A DNA stretch of 64,000 nt from Octopus sinensis (lineage: Eukaryota), in contig NC_043008.1 of NCBI RefSeq assembly GCF_006345805.1, positions 77,872,001 to 77,936,000 on the forward strand, written 5' to 3'. The notes beneath the pieces were generated by a model that made no database searches, was not told where the DNA came from, and saw only the letters and a program-made list of their open reading frames with translations. The position numbers and the translations under genes were made by a program. Below, in pieces: positions 36,075 through 47,930 of the stretch (position 1 is the stretch's first letter; every line of letters begins with the position of its first letter).

Positions 36075-37710
36075 TAATTAGATATTCCACAAAGAGTGTA
36101 CTGTGCAAACAGCTCTAGTAAAACTTATACTTTCAACAGTCAAACTCTCTTGACGGTTGTTGCTAAATTGCCGAATGGATCACCGCCTAGGAGAAACATG
36201 ATAGTCGATTATTTATGCAAGAATCTCTTGTTCAAAATAAGTCTTCGTCTTCGTTAACTTGTTCAAAAGAAAAATGAACGCTGAGATTCACATGTAGTTT
36301 TGTTCGGCTCTTGCTTGTACAAGACTAGTGGTGAAAAACCAAGAGACGCATCTTGCCAAAACCTACAGGCACATAGCGTACCTGTACGTGATGTATAACT
36401 TACACGCAGGTTGCTTGAATGCATTCCTCCGGGGTCACTGCAAAACAAACAATGTCGTGACTGATGAGCAGGACGGAGGAAAGAAGGAATACGGAACTGT
36501 ACTGAACAACTTCTGATGAATTAAACTGTTCTTAACGAAACGAAACGGTACCGCCGAAACCTACAGATTGTAAGGCGCTTGACTCTGTTCCTCACTCATG
36601 GGCACTAAAGTGATTAGGGCTTGCTAAGTCGATGCCATTAAGAGACTGACAATAATGTGGTCTATAGAGCTATCGAAAAAACTGAAGGCTATCAGACTAG
36701 CGGAAGAGGCAAAAATGGCACGAGCTCTCTATAATGCTTTTTGTCCAGGCGGTGAACCCCTTATCGGCCCTGCTAAAGAAATGCAAAGGTTGCTTAATAG
36801 GATCAGCAGAGGAGAGAAAAAATATCTCACCCAGACCTTTCTGATGAACGTAAGATGTACGAAAGTACTATTCATGACACCAAGAGACAGAGCCGGTCGC
36901 ATCATCCTTGCCGGACATAGGAATAGGGTTATGCCAGGATAAGTCCTCGCTTTCAGCAGTCCAACGTGGAAAGATTGTGAACAAGGTAATATGGATATCA
37001 ATGGCCTGTGTCACTCTTACCTCCAGTGACACACAATACGTCGGAGTCGGTACTAATATTACATGTGTTGGTGATGAAAGTGAAGTTAATGACAATAGAA
37101 TACTTCAGCAGACTTCAGAAAATATGGAAGTCAGAGCTGTGTGCATTCAATAAAACCATATCTCACAATGCTTTCGTTGTGTCAATGCTAGTTCCAGCAT
37201 TTGATGTAATAGACGGAACACCTGAAGAAAACAGCAACTTGGACATCAGGATTAGTAAGACACCAACAACTGCGAGTAACTTCCATATCAGCAGTGACAC
37301 TGATGAGATCTACGTCTAACAGAGAGATAGAGGTAAAGGCTCTAAACCGATATATTGTTATACAGCATCAGTTAATGATACAAATGTATATTTGACAAAT
37401 AAGGATTTAGATAATCTCAAAATATAATTTCTGTTTTATTTGATCGGTGTAACAATTTTGGAAGAGGATATCTAAGATGATGACGCCAGCTAACATATTT
37501 CTATTGGAATAGCAGTTAAGGTGAAACAGTTCTCTGACTTTTAAAGGGGATTATTACGAAATAACTTGGAGAATGTTCCGGTCACAGAGATAGATCTTAG
37601 TATTAGAGATTACACGATCAAGAAAGATAACACAACCTTTAAGTTAAAACGCCTCACACGTCTTCTTTATTTTGGAGCATTAAGAATACTCTTCGATTTT
37701 ACATCATAGT
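36075..37710 (+). pseudogene. Orphan degenerate coding region of unknown identity (candidate endogenous viral element or pseudogene)
   Basis: ORFs 36328-36516 and 36655-36942 are in one frame; ORF 37008-37319 continues in frame through scattered stops to about 37710; no microsatellites and higher GC than the flanks. Confidence 0.5.
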
Positions 37711-37831
37711 TAAATAAAAGCTAGGAGAAGATTTAACATATTATTGTTAGAATATAGCACAAGCGAATCCTAATTCGGGGACGCGACTGTGCACACGAAA
37801 GAAAGAAAAAAATCAGATTCTCAAAACAATT

Positions 37832-37884
<53 letters not shown>

Positions 37885-38339
37885 ACTATCTCTCTTTCTC
37901 TCTTTCTCTTTCTCTTTTTCTTTCTCTCTGTCTCTATCTATCTGCCATTTTGGATTATCATTTATCTGTTATCTACGGAGGTGAAATATAGCAAGAGCCG
38001 GTAGTAGTGAACGAGATTTATATAAATATCCAGACAAGTATATAATTATTTTGCCAAGTAAGATATTTCTGTTACAGTAACTTTCTAATAAAAGGAGCAA
38101 AGTTATTATTATAGAAAATGAAAACATGGTTGTAAATTAAAGATAATGATATGAATGTGTAATGCGTAGGTAATATTTATTGTTCCAAGATAGCTGTAGA
38201 TATAACGATCCACAGAGCTTTTGCTACAGAACAAAAGATTAGTCTAAGGAATATATAAATATATGAAAGAAATTAACTGGGAATAGAGATACTGGTATCC
38301 TGCCAGATAATTGTACACTCTAAACTTACAAATAAACAT

Positions 38340-38515
38340 ATTCTTTTATAATTTACTTGTTTCAGTAATTTGACTGTGGACATGCTGGTGCACCGCCTTT
38401 AGTCGAACAAATCGACCCCAGGGCTTATTCTTTGTAAGCCTAGTACTTATTCTGTCTTCTGTCTCTTTTGCAGAACCTTTACGTTAACGGTGGGGGACAA
38501 ACACAAAAAACACAG
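38340..38515 (-). mobile_element. SINE 3' fragment (same family as 1466-1870)
   Basis: tttacttgtttcagtaatttgactgtggacatgctgg...gggggacaaacac. Confidence 0.85.
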
Positions 38516-38642
38516 ATTACTTAATAGGATCAGCAGGGGAGAGAAAACTTATATTCACGAATATATTTGTCATTATTCCATATATATATTGATATTTCAT
38601 ATAGTAGTTCTCACAAATATAAGGCAGTGTTCTCACAAATGT

Positions 38643-38840
38643 AAGGTGGCACGGCGAGCAAAACGCTTAGCGGCATTTTGTCAGGCGGCTCTACGTTTTG
38701 TGTTCAAATTCCGCCGAGGTCGACATTGCTTTCATCATTTCGATAAAACAAATACCAGTTGAGCATTGAGCATTTGGGTCCATGTAATCAACTAGCCCTC
38801 TTCCCCTGGACTACTGGCCTTGTGCCAAAAATTTGAACCC
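38643..38840 (+). mobile_element. SINE, second family
   Basis: aaaacgcttagcggcattt...gttcaaattccgccgaggtcgac...ggccttgtgccaaaaatttgaa; related copy at 61885-62030 and relics at about 4850, 5690-5930. Confidence 0.75.
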
Positions 38841-38908
38841 AATACTTCTCACAGACGTTGTATGTCATAGAAATGATTATCATATCGATTTAAACTACAA
38901 TACATTAC

Positions 38909-39000
38909 CATTGTTGTGTGACAGCATCAAAACATTCAACACTTGAAATGGTTGTTATACCATCGAAACCACCAATCACAAATATCATATCTTCTAGAAC
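38909..39000 (-). CDS. KLHL10: Kelch-like protein 10 homologue, penultimate coding exon (92 bp)
   Basis: tttatttcAG|GTT ... CAA TG|GTaatg; VLEDMIFVIGGFDGITTISSVECFDAVTQQ(W) resembles KLHL10 VVDDLLFVVGGFNGFTTTFNVECYD; phases fit both neighbouring exons. Confidence 0.9.
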
Positions 39001-39144
39001 CTGAAATAAATAAAGAGAATATTTTATGAATATAACAAAATTGTAGTTATAACAGCTTTTTAAAGAAATGGATCTTGAGTCTATTCAAAGTTTATGAATC
39101 ATCAAAATTATCAAAAGTTTTAGGCAAAACTTGTAGACAATCTG

Positions 39145-39184
<40 letters not shown>

Positions 39185-39611
39185 GCACACTCTCTGTTTT
39201 CTCTCTCAGTCACTGATCACTCACTCACTCGTCACCCACTCACTCGTCACTCACTCACTCGCTCACACACACATACACAAACACACACACACACACACAC
39301 ATACACACATACACACATACGTAATTACATTTTCTCCTGAAAAAATAAATCAATTAATAAGTGAATGAATCGTATTGCCAGGGAAATAATTCTATGTTGG
39401 ACCTTTTCCAAAATATTCACTACCTGTAAAAGGACAAACCAATAGCTCTGAGCTATTGGTCTTTGCGCTATATTTTGTCACATTACTCAAATGTCACAGT
39501 CCCGTGTAACATACACATTCTTATATGTGTATGAGCGTGCTTACGTGCGTATATGAGTGTGTGTATGTGTGTGTATATATACATACATATGTACACACAC
39601 ACACATATACT

Positions 39612-39930
39612 AAGGAGCGTATCGTTGTGGTTAGTGTATTTGGCTTTCGATCCTAAGATAAAAAGTTCGATATCCGCTGGCGCATTGCGTCCTTGAGGAA
39701 AACACTTTATTTCACGTTGTCCCACTCCGTTCAGCTGGCAAAATGAGTTGTGTCTGTAATTCAAAGGGCTACACTTGTCCCATTTTGTGGTGCGCTGAAT
39801 CTCCCTGAAAACTACGTTAAGGGTACGCGTGCCCGTGGAATGATCAGCAAATTGCACGATTTCCATGAGCTGGCTGCTCCGTTGATCGGATCAACTGGAG
39901 CACTCGTTGTCGTAATCGACGTTGTGCCAG
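39612..39930 (+). mobile_element. tRNA-derived SINE, third family
   Basis: Head tcgttgtggttagtgtatttggc...agttcgatatccgctgg, and tail gctgctccgttgatcggatcaactggagcactcgttgtcgtaatcgacgttgtgcca. Confidence 0.75.
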
Positions 39931-40282
39931 TATGTGTGTAAAACTTGCTCTGCATAAGCATTCGACTGTTTGGGTACGCTTACATTAAAAAACAATTTTA
40001 GAATGACTTTTTCCTGTCAAAACGCTAAAACTAACTGATCAACAAAAAAAATCAACCAAGATTCAATCAGATCGAAAAATAAACCTAAATACTAAGCGAA
40101 CAAAGATGAACCATCCCACTTCCATCGCGCGCAAACGCACGCATACACACACACACATTCACATACCCTCTTTTTCAAATACACACATATATTCACATAG
40201 AGTTGAAACGCTGTTTGATTTATTTTTTCAGCGTACAATTTTCATCATCCCACTACCTTCCTTCCTTATTCATCTATCACCC

Positions 40283-40475
40283 ATCCCTTTCTTATTCATA
40301 AACACAAGAGTATTATTATAGTAGATTATTTTGGTAACCATGGGAACTATGAAAAAATATTACATAACCCCTTCCTTCCTTATATATCATTCACCACTTC
40401 CTTTCTTATTCATAAACACAAAAGTATTGTTATAGTGAATTATCTCGGTAACCATGGGAGCTATGAAAACAATAT
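40283..40475. repeat. Approximately 115-bp-period tandem duplication
   Basis: tttcttattcataaacacaa.agtatt.ttatagt....tt..ggtaaccatggga.ctatgaaa occurs twice. Confidence 0.75.
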
Positions 40476-40679
40476 AAAGGTCAGCATCACCACCGGATCA
40501 TTTTACACATCTGAGTAATTTTTCGCGCAAATTCTACCCAGCCGTTTGACCGTGAATCTCAAGACAAGAAAGAATCGCCCATGTCAAATTTATATGTATA
40601 TATATAAATATATATATATATATATAAATATAGATCAATAAATGGTGGGGTTGTGTTGACCGCACGTGGAGAAATGATA

Positions 40680-41172
40680 AGTAAGGAAAAATTTTTTTAA
40701 AAATGCAGAATGCTCAAATGAATGAAAAGAAAATTTTAATAAAATGAGAGATTGATAAAATATATAATTATATATTTATTCAACCGGTTTTCGTCATTGT
40801 ATGACTTGTCAAGAATATTTATGTTTTAAAAAGTTTTTTTTTTAAATTAGAAAGGGGAAAAAAAGAAAATTGCATTGTTTTTTGTAAAAGAATAATGATA
40901 AAAATGTACAAAAATTAAAAAATAAGTTCTCCGATAATTTTTGTACATTTTTATCATTATTCTTTTACAAAAAACAATGCAATTTTCTTTTTTTCCCCTT
41001 TCTAATTTTTAAAAAAAACTTTTTAAAACATAAATATTCTTGACAAGTCATACAATGACGAAAACCGGTTGAATAAATATATAATTATATATTTTATCAA
41101 TTTCTCATTTTATTAAAATTTTCTTTTCATTCATTTGAGCATTCTGCATTTTAAAAAAATTTTTTCCTTACT
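40680..41172. repeat. Near-perfect inverted repeat, about 238-bp arms with a 17-bp spacer
   Basis: 40680-40917 is the reverse complement of 40935-41172, with only a few differences. Confidence 0.95.
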
Positions 41173-41198
41173 ATATATAAATATATATATATACATAC

Positions 41199-41229
<31 letters not shown>

Positions 41230-41247
41230 TGTATGTATGTATGTTTG

Positions 41248-41335
<88 letters not shown>

Positions 41336-41415
41336 TACATACTTTATTAAAAAGCAGCAAAAATATCACAAAAGCTGTTAATCAGAGTTTCATACTCCCG
41401 TTCATCGAACAAAAT

Positions 41416-41461
41416 AAAACTGTCCGACGAACGGGAACGTGAAACTTTGAGTAACAGTTTT
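41416..41461 (+). ncRNA. Type I hammerhead ribozyme-like motif (C4 variant), within a small imperfect palindrome 41343-41488
   Basis: aaaactgt-CCGACGA-acg(ggaa)cgt-GAAA-ct(ttg)ag-TA-acagtttt; all three stems pair. Confidence 0.65.
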
Positions 41462-41542
41462 TGTGATATTTTTTCTGATTTTTAATAACGCATATTACTC
41501 TATCTTTGGTATTCGAGTACTATTTATTCCACCTTGTTTCGC

Positions 41543-41623
<81 letters not shown>

Positions 41624-41703
41624 GTATGTATGTATGTATACATATATATATGTATGTATGTGTGTATGTATCTATATATATATATATGTATGTATGTGTG
41701 TAA

Positions 41704-41741
<38 letters not shown>

Positions 41742-41879
41742 TATGTATTATATATCATTGGGACGCATTTTGTTGAATTTCTCTCTTATTTAGAGATAAC
41801 ACAAATACATTGTGCAAGAAGATTTAAGGATATGCTTGGTAGTTTAATAAACAACTCTAACCTAGCAAAAATCAAGAGT

Positions 41880-42770
41880 ATTTTACTAAAAATACGATTA
41901 ACGGTCTTGTAAAACTATTCTATAAATCTGCCTTCAGCTTCGATTACTACTTCACTGCGGGAGCAGAATGTTTGATATGCTTGAACTAAACCGTCCGTAT
42001 TCATCTCGAGCATCACTTGGATAACATCTGTTTCAGTGAAAATATCGTATTGTGAGGAGGTCAATTAGTCTTTCTTTCGACAACGCTCCAAATGTAGTGG
42101 TCTACAGTTCTTAAATATTACGAGTTTGGAGGCCATAAGTTTGATATTACTTAATGAACTGACATCCAAATTTTAGTTACGTGGGTTTGTGAGACGGTAC
42201 TAAGTCTTGTTGAATTACGTATAGCACTCCGCTTCGTGCTTCATCCACTTACTGCTTAACAACTGCAGCATTAATGTTAAGACCCTATGGAAAAGTGTGA
42301 GATGACATGATAAGACCTTCGTTATTCACTACTCTTAAAATTATCAAAGTTGCCGGAAACTTCATTTGTACCGCTGTGGAAACAGAAGGATATGCACGTA
42401 ACCATCTGTCATTTCTCTTGCTGGACTTTTGGTCTTGGTCGAAGTGTTTTCTCATCAGAAAAGAACCAAAGCCTTTCATGTTGTCGGTGTTTTTTTCGAC
42501 TTAGGTAAGTAACCACCTGGTACAGCTCCAGCGGTTTTCCTTTGCCTTCCCAGCCATGAACTGGCCTCGCTTCTATGCATACAACCCGTATCGACTATCC
42601 TCGTACTCCACAGTTCTAATAGTCCACTCCGACACCTAAAGTTTTTGGTAATGGCTCTCAATGATTTTCTGGGACCGTCATGAATAGGGATTTCTTTCAT
42701 CCCGTTAGGGGAATTACGGTGTCGTTATAATGCCCGAACGTATAGAGTGCCTTTTGGATTTGATACAGTT
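41880..42770 (-). mobile_element. Degenerate maT-like (DD37D-type) Tc1/mariner element
   Basis: KFPATLIILRVVNNEGLIM..H.F, IQQDLVPSHK, LWPPNS, HYIWSVVERKTN.PPHNTI and EVVIEAEGRFIE* in shifted frames. Confidence 0.75.
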
Positions 42771-42826
42771 AACGCATTAAAGCATTTTAGTATATTTATA
42801 TATACTAAAAATAAAGATACATAAAT

Positions 42827-44792
42827 CACTGTACAACACTCAAAAAAGTACAAGAGATCTGTGGCCAATTTTATATGCAAAATGACATGGGAAATCCATT
42901 TCTGGCCTTCGTTTTGTTGAATTAGGCATGCTTTCTACAAATGTGTTACTGTATACCCTTTTTGTCATTATTATTAAATAAAATTCTCTATCGCATTGTA
43001 AAATGGGTTTCAACCCAGAGCTAGAGACCAGTCTTAGTAACACCTACAATGTGATTCAAAGTTTGTATTTAATGTTATTTTTTATATTTCAGGTCTTATT
43101 TGTTTTCAACAATGAGTGCAAGACAGTGCAAAAATGATCCAAACAGATTCTGTTATATCTTTGGGGAATTGACTTTTGCTAAAGAAAAGCACAGTATTAC
43201 ACGCCATATCAAGAAAATATACAAGGCGTACTTCGATTGTTACTTAGGAGACCAAGATAAGTCATGGGCTCGTCATGTGTATTGCCTTACATGTGTAAAG
43301 ACATTGAGTGCCTGGTATGCAGGAAAAAATGTTCGCATGAAGTTTGGTGCGCCAATGATTTGGCGTGAGCAGAAAGGTCACTAATGATTGCTATTTCTGT
43401 CACCATGACTTACAGCAAAGAAAAAGAAACATATTGTTTACCCAAATTTGCAATCAGCAATGTGCCCAGTAGAGCACTCAGAAAATTTACCTGTACCCAA
43501 ACCTCCAGATTAAGAAATGCTGAGTTCCAGCAGTGCTGACGAACATTCCAGTGGTGAATGTGTGGAGCTCAAGGATCCAGAAAGCGAGAATAAACCAATA
43601 TCCTTTTCTCTAGAGACTCTAAATGACTTGTGCAGGGATCTCTATTTAACGAAAAAGAAAAGTGAGCATCAAGGCTTCAAAAACGTAATCTTGTTGAGAA
43701 AGGAGTGAAGATAATACTGTACAGAAAACGTACAAAGGATCTGCTTGCATTATTCACCATGAAGGATGACTTATGCTTTTGTAATGACATCACTGAACTT
43801 TTTGAGCCACTGGAAATAGTATATGATAAAACCAACTGGCGACTTTTCATAGATGCATCCAAGGACAGCATCAAAGCTGTTCTGCTACACAATGGTAATA
43901 CTCTGCCTTCTGTTCCAATAGCAACCATGAAAGAATCATACGAAAATCTGAAAGCAATTCTAACAAGCATACAGTATGATGACCATTCCTGGCATATTTG
44001 TGCCGATTTTAAAGTTGTGACCAAGCTTACTGGTCTTTAGCTTGGCTATATTAAATTTTACTGCTTCCTGTGCTTATGGAATTCCAGAGCAAGAGCTGAA
44101 CATTATGAACGCAAGTATTGGCCGATCCGAGATGAAATTGAGCAAGGAAAACACATCATGCACAAACCACATGTGAAAGTGATAGAATTTTTTTTATCAA
44201 CTTTGCATATTAAACTTGGTTTGTTTAAGCAATTAGTGAAAGCCTTGGACTTTGTGAAAAGTTCCTTGTGAATGATCTGCTGAGTCATTATCATGATATG
44301 GGATGTAACATGTCTCTAAAAGTTCATGTACTTCACTCTCATTTGGATTTTTTGCAGAAAATCTTGGTGATGTGAGTGATAAACATGGCGAAAGATTCCA
44401 TCAGGATATTTCAGTAATGGAGCGACGATTCAAAGGAAAATATAACCCTGGCATATTGGCAGACTACTGCTGGGGTGTGAAAAAAGAAGATCACACTCCG
44501 CACAAGAGGCTTAGAAGGACAAAAGTTGTTTAAACTGACAGGTGTGTTTTTAATTCATAACCAATATGTTTTGTTATACCAACTAAATTTTTTGTTTTTG
44601 TAACTTACAGTATTTGCAATGTTGTGTTCAATACACAATATTATGCAGTATATTATAAAACATATGGTTCATGGTATAGGAAAATGGTGCCTAACCTGGA
44701 GAAGTAAAGGTCAGAATCAGGATAATTTTTTGACCCAGAAACAGTCTTACTTAACTTGTACTGTTTTTGAACCTGAAATTTGTTGCAGAGTG
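42827..44792 (+). mobile_element. Chapaev3-like (CMC superfamily) DNA transposon, degenerate
   Basis: CKNDPNRFCYIFG..LGDQDKSWARHVYC..MIWREQ..DCYFC, WRLFIDASKDSIKAVLLHNGN, LHIKLGLFKQLVKAL, DVSDKHGERFHQDI..YCW; imperfect ends CACTGTACAACA / CACTCTGCAACA; the family name is recalled, not searched. Confidence 0.6.
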
Positions 44793-44829
44793 TATACTGA
44801 AAATAAAATAAATGTATATAGGGAAAAAG

Positions 44830-45375
44830 CAGCACATATCGAGCAGAGGTCAGCAATGCCTGTGCAGAGTTTTAGGTCCAACAAGGCTTGCACGACACCT
44901 CATAGACCGTCTTCACTTTATTAACATTATCCAGAGACAAATCAGAACAAGATGTCTGGTACACATATGAGTCATAGGCTCGGAGATGTGGGGGCGCCAT
45001 GATCTCTAGCACAAACCAATGATCCCAAAAATGTCCAATGCCATTCCCTGCATATCTGGTTTTTTTATCAGAGTGACCGTCTCCTAGAGACATGCTTCAA
45101 AAGAAGCTGAGGAGTGGTCTTTCAGCACGCCGGACGCCATACCGGAATTTCTGCGCACCCGTACTACGGCTAGATAGCCGTTGAGCCTACAGTAGGTTCA
45201 TCCAACCTTTCAACAGGTCTTGTTTTAATCCTGCTGGGTTTCTAGCAACCCACTTCACCAGGATAGCCTCGTGGGATGCCAGTTTAGTCGACGGCAACCC
45301 GACCATGCAACAGGTTGCATTAGATTCTATGTTACCAGTAGCACTTATGAGAGTCTCATAAGTGACCTGACATTA

Positions 45376-45380
<5 letters not shown>
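44830..45380 (-). mobile_element. Possible RTE-like LINE 5' relic
   Basis: Coding-like segment (ORF 44872-45093) with weak APE-like residues and a GC-richer leader. Confidence 0.3.
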
Positions 45381-45405
<25 letters not shown>

Positions 45406-45406
<1 letters not shown>

Positions 45407-46378
45407 CTTATTATAAAAGACAGATTTTATCTGCCTCCCTTTGGGAGTTATACAAATCTACAATATAGGATTTCTTCAATTACAATTTACCTTGCATTTT
45501 TAAGAGTACAATGCATCGCGTCATGCCAGGTCCAGTTTTTAAAATTTAAACTCCAGTTAAGCAAAATTTACAGAAAACTAACATTCTGGTGTGTGTGTCA
45601 AATGCTTTTCTTAGTCTGGTTTACAGCACACGCAAACGCACACACACAGTGGGCAACGAATAAAATGAAAGTAATTGACTTACTGTAGTGAGTGATTCTT
45701 TCACTCTGACTCCCACTTCCTCTTTCCACACAGACACGCAAATATATAAATAAAATTGTAAGCTAACGTGCGTGTGTGTGAGTGGGTGTGTGCGCGTGTG
45801 TGTGTGTGTGAGGGTGCGTGTGTGTGTGCGTGTGCGTGAGTGTGTGACAGGAAAGTTTTTTTACGACGAATATAACACCTATATCCAAGTAGCAGAAAGA
45901 TAAGACAGTAAGGTGTGATTTGGGGGAAATTTGGCTGCTATTTCTACCAGGTCTAGCTGCCATGTAGGGGTCTCCCTCATAGGCTCATACATACATATAT
46001 ACATAGATAAGACAGTAAGGTGTGATTTGGGGGAATAACTACTCCCACATTTTGCGGTGCAGTTTAACCAAAACCGGGTATCTTATAGTCGTGATTCATA
46101 TCGAGACCGTCTGGGTATTAGCGCGCGTCTACGATGAGTCTACGATTTAAAAAAAAATTTACCATCAATTTTTCCCATTTTTAATCCATTTTTGACATAT
46201 ATAAGGGAAGTAACTCTCTAAAATTTATTATTAAATCTCAGAACGTAAAAAGCTACAGTAACTTCCCTCCCCCTTTGTGGTTAGCCATATTGAGATGGCT
46301 ATTATACTTTACATCTCTAAAAATGCTTATATAATTATTTCCCTTACAAACCCGAGCAACGCCGGGCGATACTGCTAG
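45406..46378 (+). mobile_element. Non-autonomous Helitron
   Basis: 5' A|TC ttattataaaag; 3' hairpin cccgagcaacgccggg followed by CTAG|T. Confidence 0.85.
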
Positions 46379-46434
<56 letters not shown>

Positions 46435-46529
46435 CATATATATACATACATAACTGTATATATATATATCATACATATATACATACATATATGTATGTAT
46501 GTATATATATGTATGTATATATAATTCTT

Positions 46530-47374
46530 TCCTTTGATCTCTTTATATTCTTTATCCTGCCATTGACTCTGTAGGAGTGGCAGTTAATAGCTGTTTGCTG
46601 GTCAAAAATACTGTTCCCTTATAAATCTTAAATTCCTGCAACACTGACCTAGATTTTCTGTCACCACAGAAATAAACTAACCTTTGTAAGTAGTGTACTT
46701 ACGCCGTCTTATTCCCCTACCCCTTCCTCCCATAATGTCCTTATTTGGGCGGTTTCTGCTTCACTGACTTCTTTTGCGACTTCTTTTAGCCACTATAGCC
46801 AATCTCTTCTTCCAACAACTGAGTTTGTGAAATGAATAGATGTTTGATCAACATCTTTTCCTCATATATCAGGAAATTGCATCTGCATTTTTATGGATAC
46901 ATTCATCTTCTCAGTGAATAAAATCTTTTCCTCATATCTCCGGAAATTACACCTGCATTATTATGGATGGATTTACCTTTTCTGAGAAGCTAACAATCTT
47001 TTTAAAAACCTTTTATAAAACTGTGCATCATTAGAAAACATTTTAAGCCTGCTTACAACCTAACTTTGCTTTTCATAGAACTCTCTTCGATACTTCATGA
47101 GTGTAGCCTCACTCCCTAGGATGTTTGGAAAACTCATATGTGTTTTGGCTAATGAATACGGGACACTTGTATTTGCTGCAATTTTTGCAGCTTTAAATAA
47201 ATCTGTTCTTCGTATGAAACAATTGTACTGAACAACTAATCCATTCTTGTTGCTTTTTTCTTGTTTATAATCACCCCACATTATTTTATGGTTAATACCA
47301 TAAAGATTTCTGGTGCATCTAAGTTAAGTACCGCATTCATTTGAATTCATTGGAATTCACTTGAATCTTAATTG

Positions 47375-47375
<1 letters not shown>
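46530..47375. repeat. Unclassified repeat family X (diverged homologue of 59240-60445 and 55515-56117)
   Basis: Shared blocks include tacgggacactt...gctgcaatttttgca, tgaaacaattgt, ccattcttgttgct and ctggtgcatctaagttaagtacc. Confidence 0.75.
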
Positions 47376-47438
<63 letters not shown>

Positions 47439-47566
47439 CGTGATCACCGTCACCGTGACTGACCAGGCTATCAGATGCTGCTACACATCGCTGGTCACAA
47501 TGCGCTTCGCATTGTTTTAGCCTTCAAATGACGCCACCCCGCTGGCTAAGCGACCAGGCCAATATA

Positions 47567-47620
<54 letters not shown>

Positions 47621-47644
47621 GTGTATATATATATGCATATATAT

Positions 47645-47855
47645 ATTCTTTTATTCTTTTACTTGTTTCAGTCATTTGATTGCTGCGATGCTGGAACACC
47701 GGCTTTAGTCGACCCCAGGACTTATTCTTTGTAAGCCTAGTACTTGTTCTATCGGTCTCTTTTGCCAAACAGTTAAGTTACGGGAACGTAAACACACCAA
47801 CATCGGATGCCAAGTGATGGTGGGGAGGGGGAACAAACACAAACACACAAGTTTA

Positions 47856-47860
<5 letters not shown>
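47645..47860 (-). mobile_element. SINE 3' fragment (family of 1466-1870)
   Basis: ttttattcttttacttgtttcagtcatttg...gacccaggacttattctttgtaagcctagtac. Confidence 0.85.
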
Positions 47861-47886
<26 letters not shown>

Positions 47887-47896
47887 GTATATATAT

Positions 47897-47928
<32 letters not shown>

Positions 47929-47930
<2 letters not shown>

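Noticed and set aside
39330-39430. Additional minus-strand exon after a tttacAG acceptor at about 39424
   Set aside because: The translation is not kelch-like, and the 62091-to-39000 junction already gives an uninterrupted kelch repeat.
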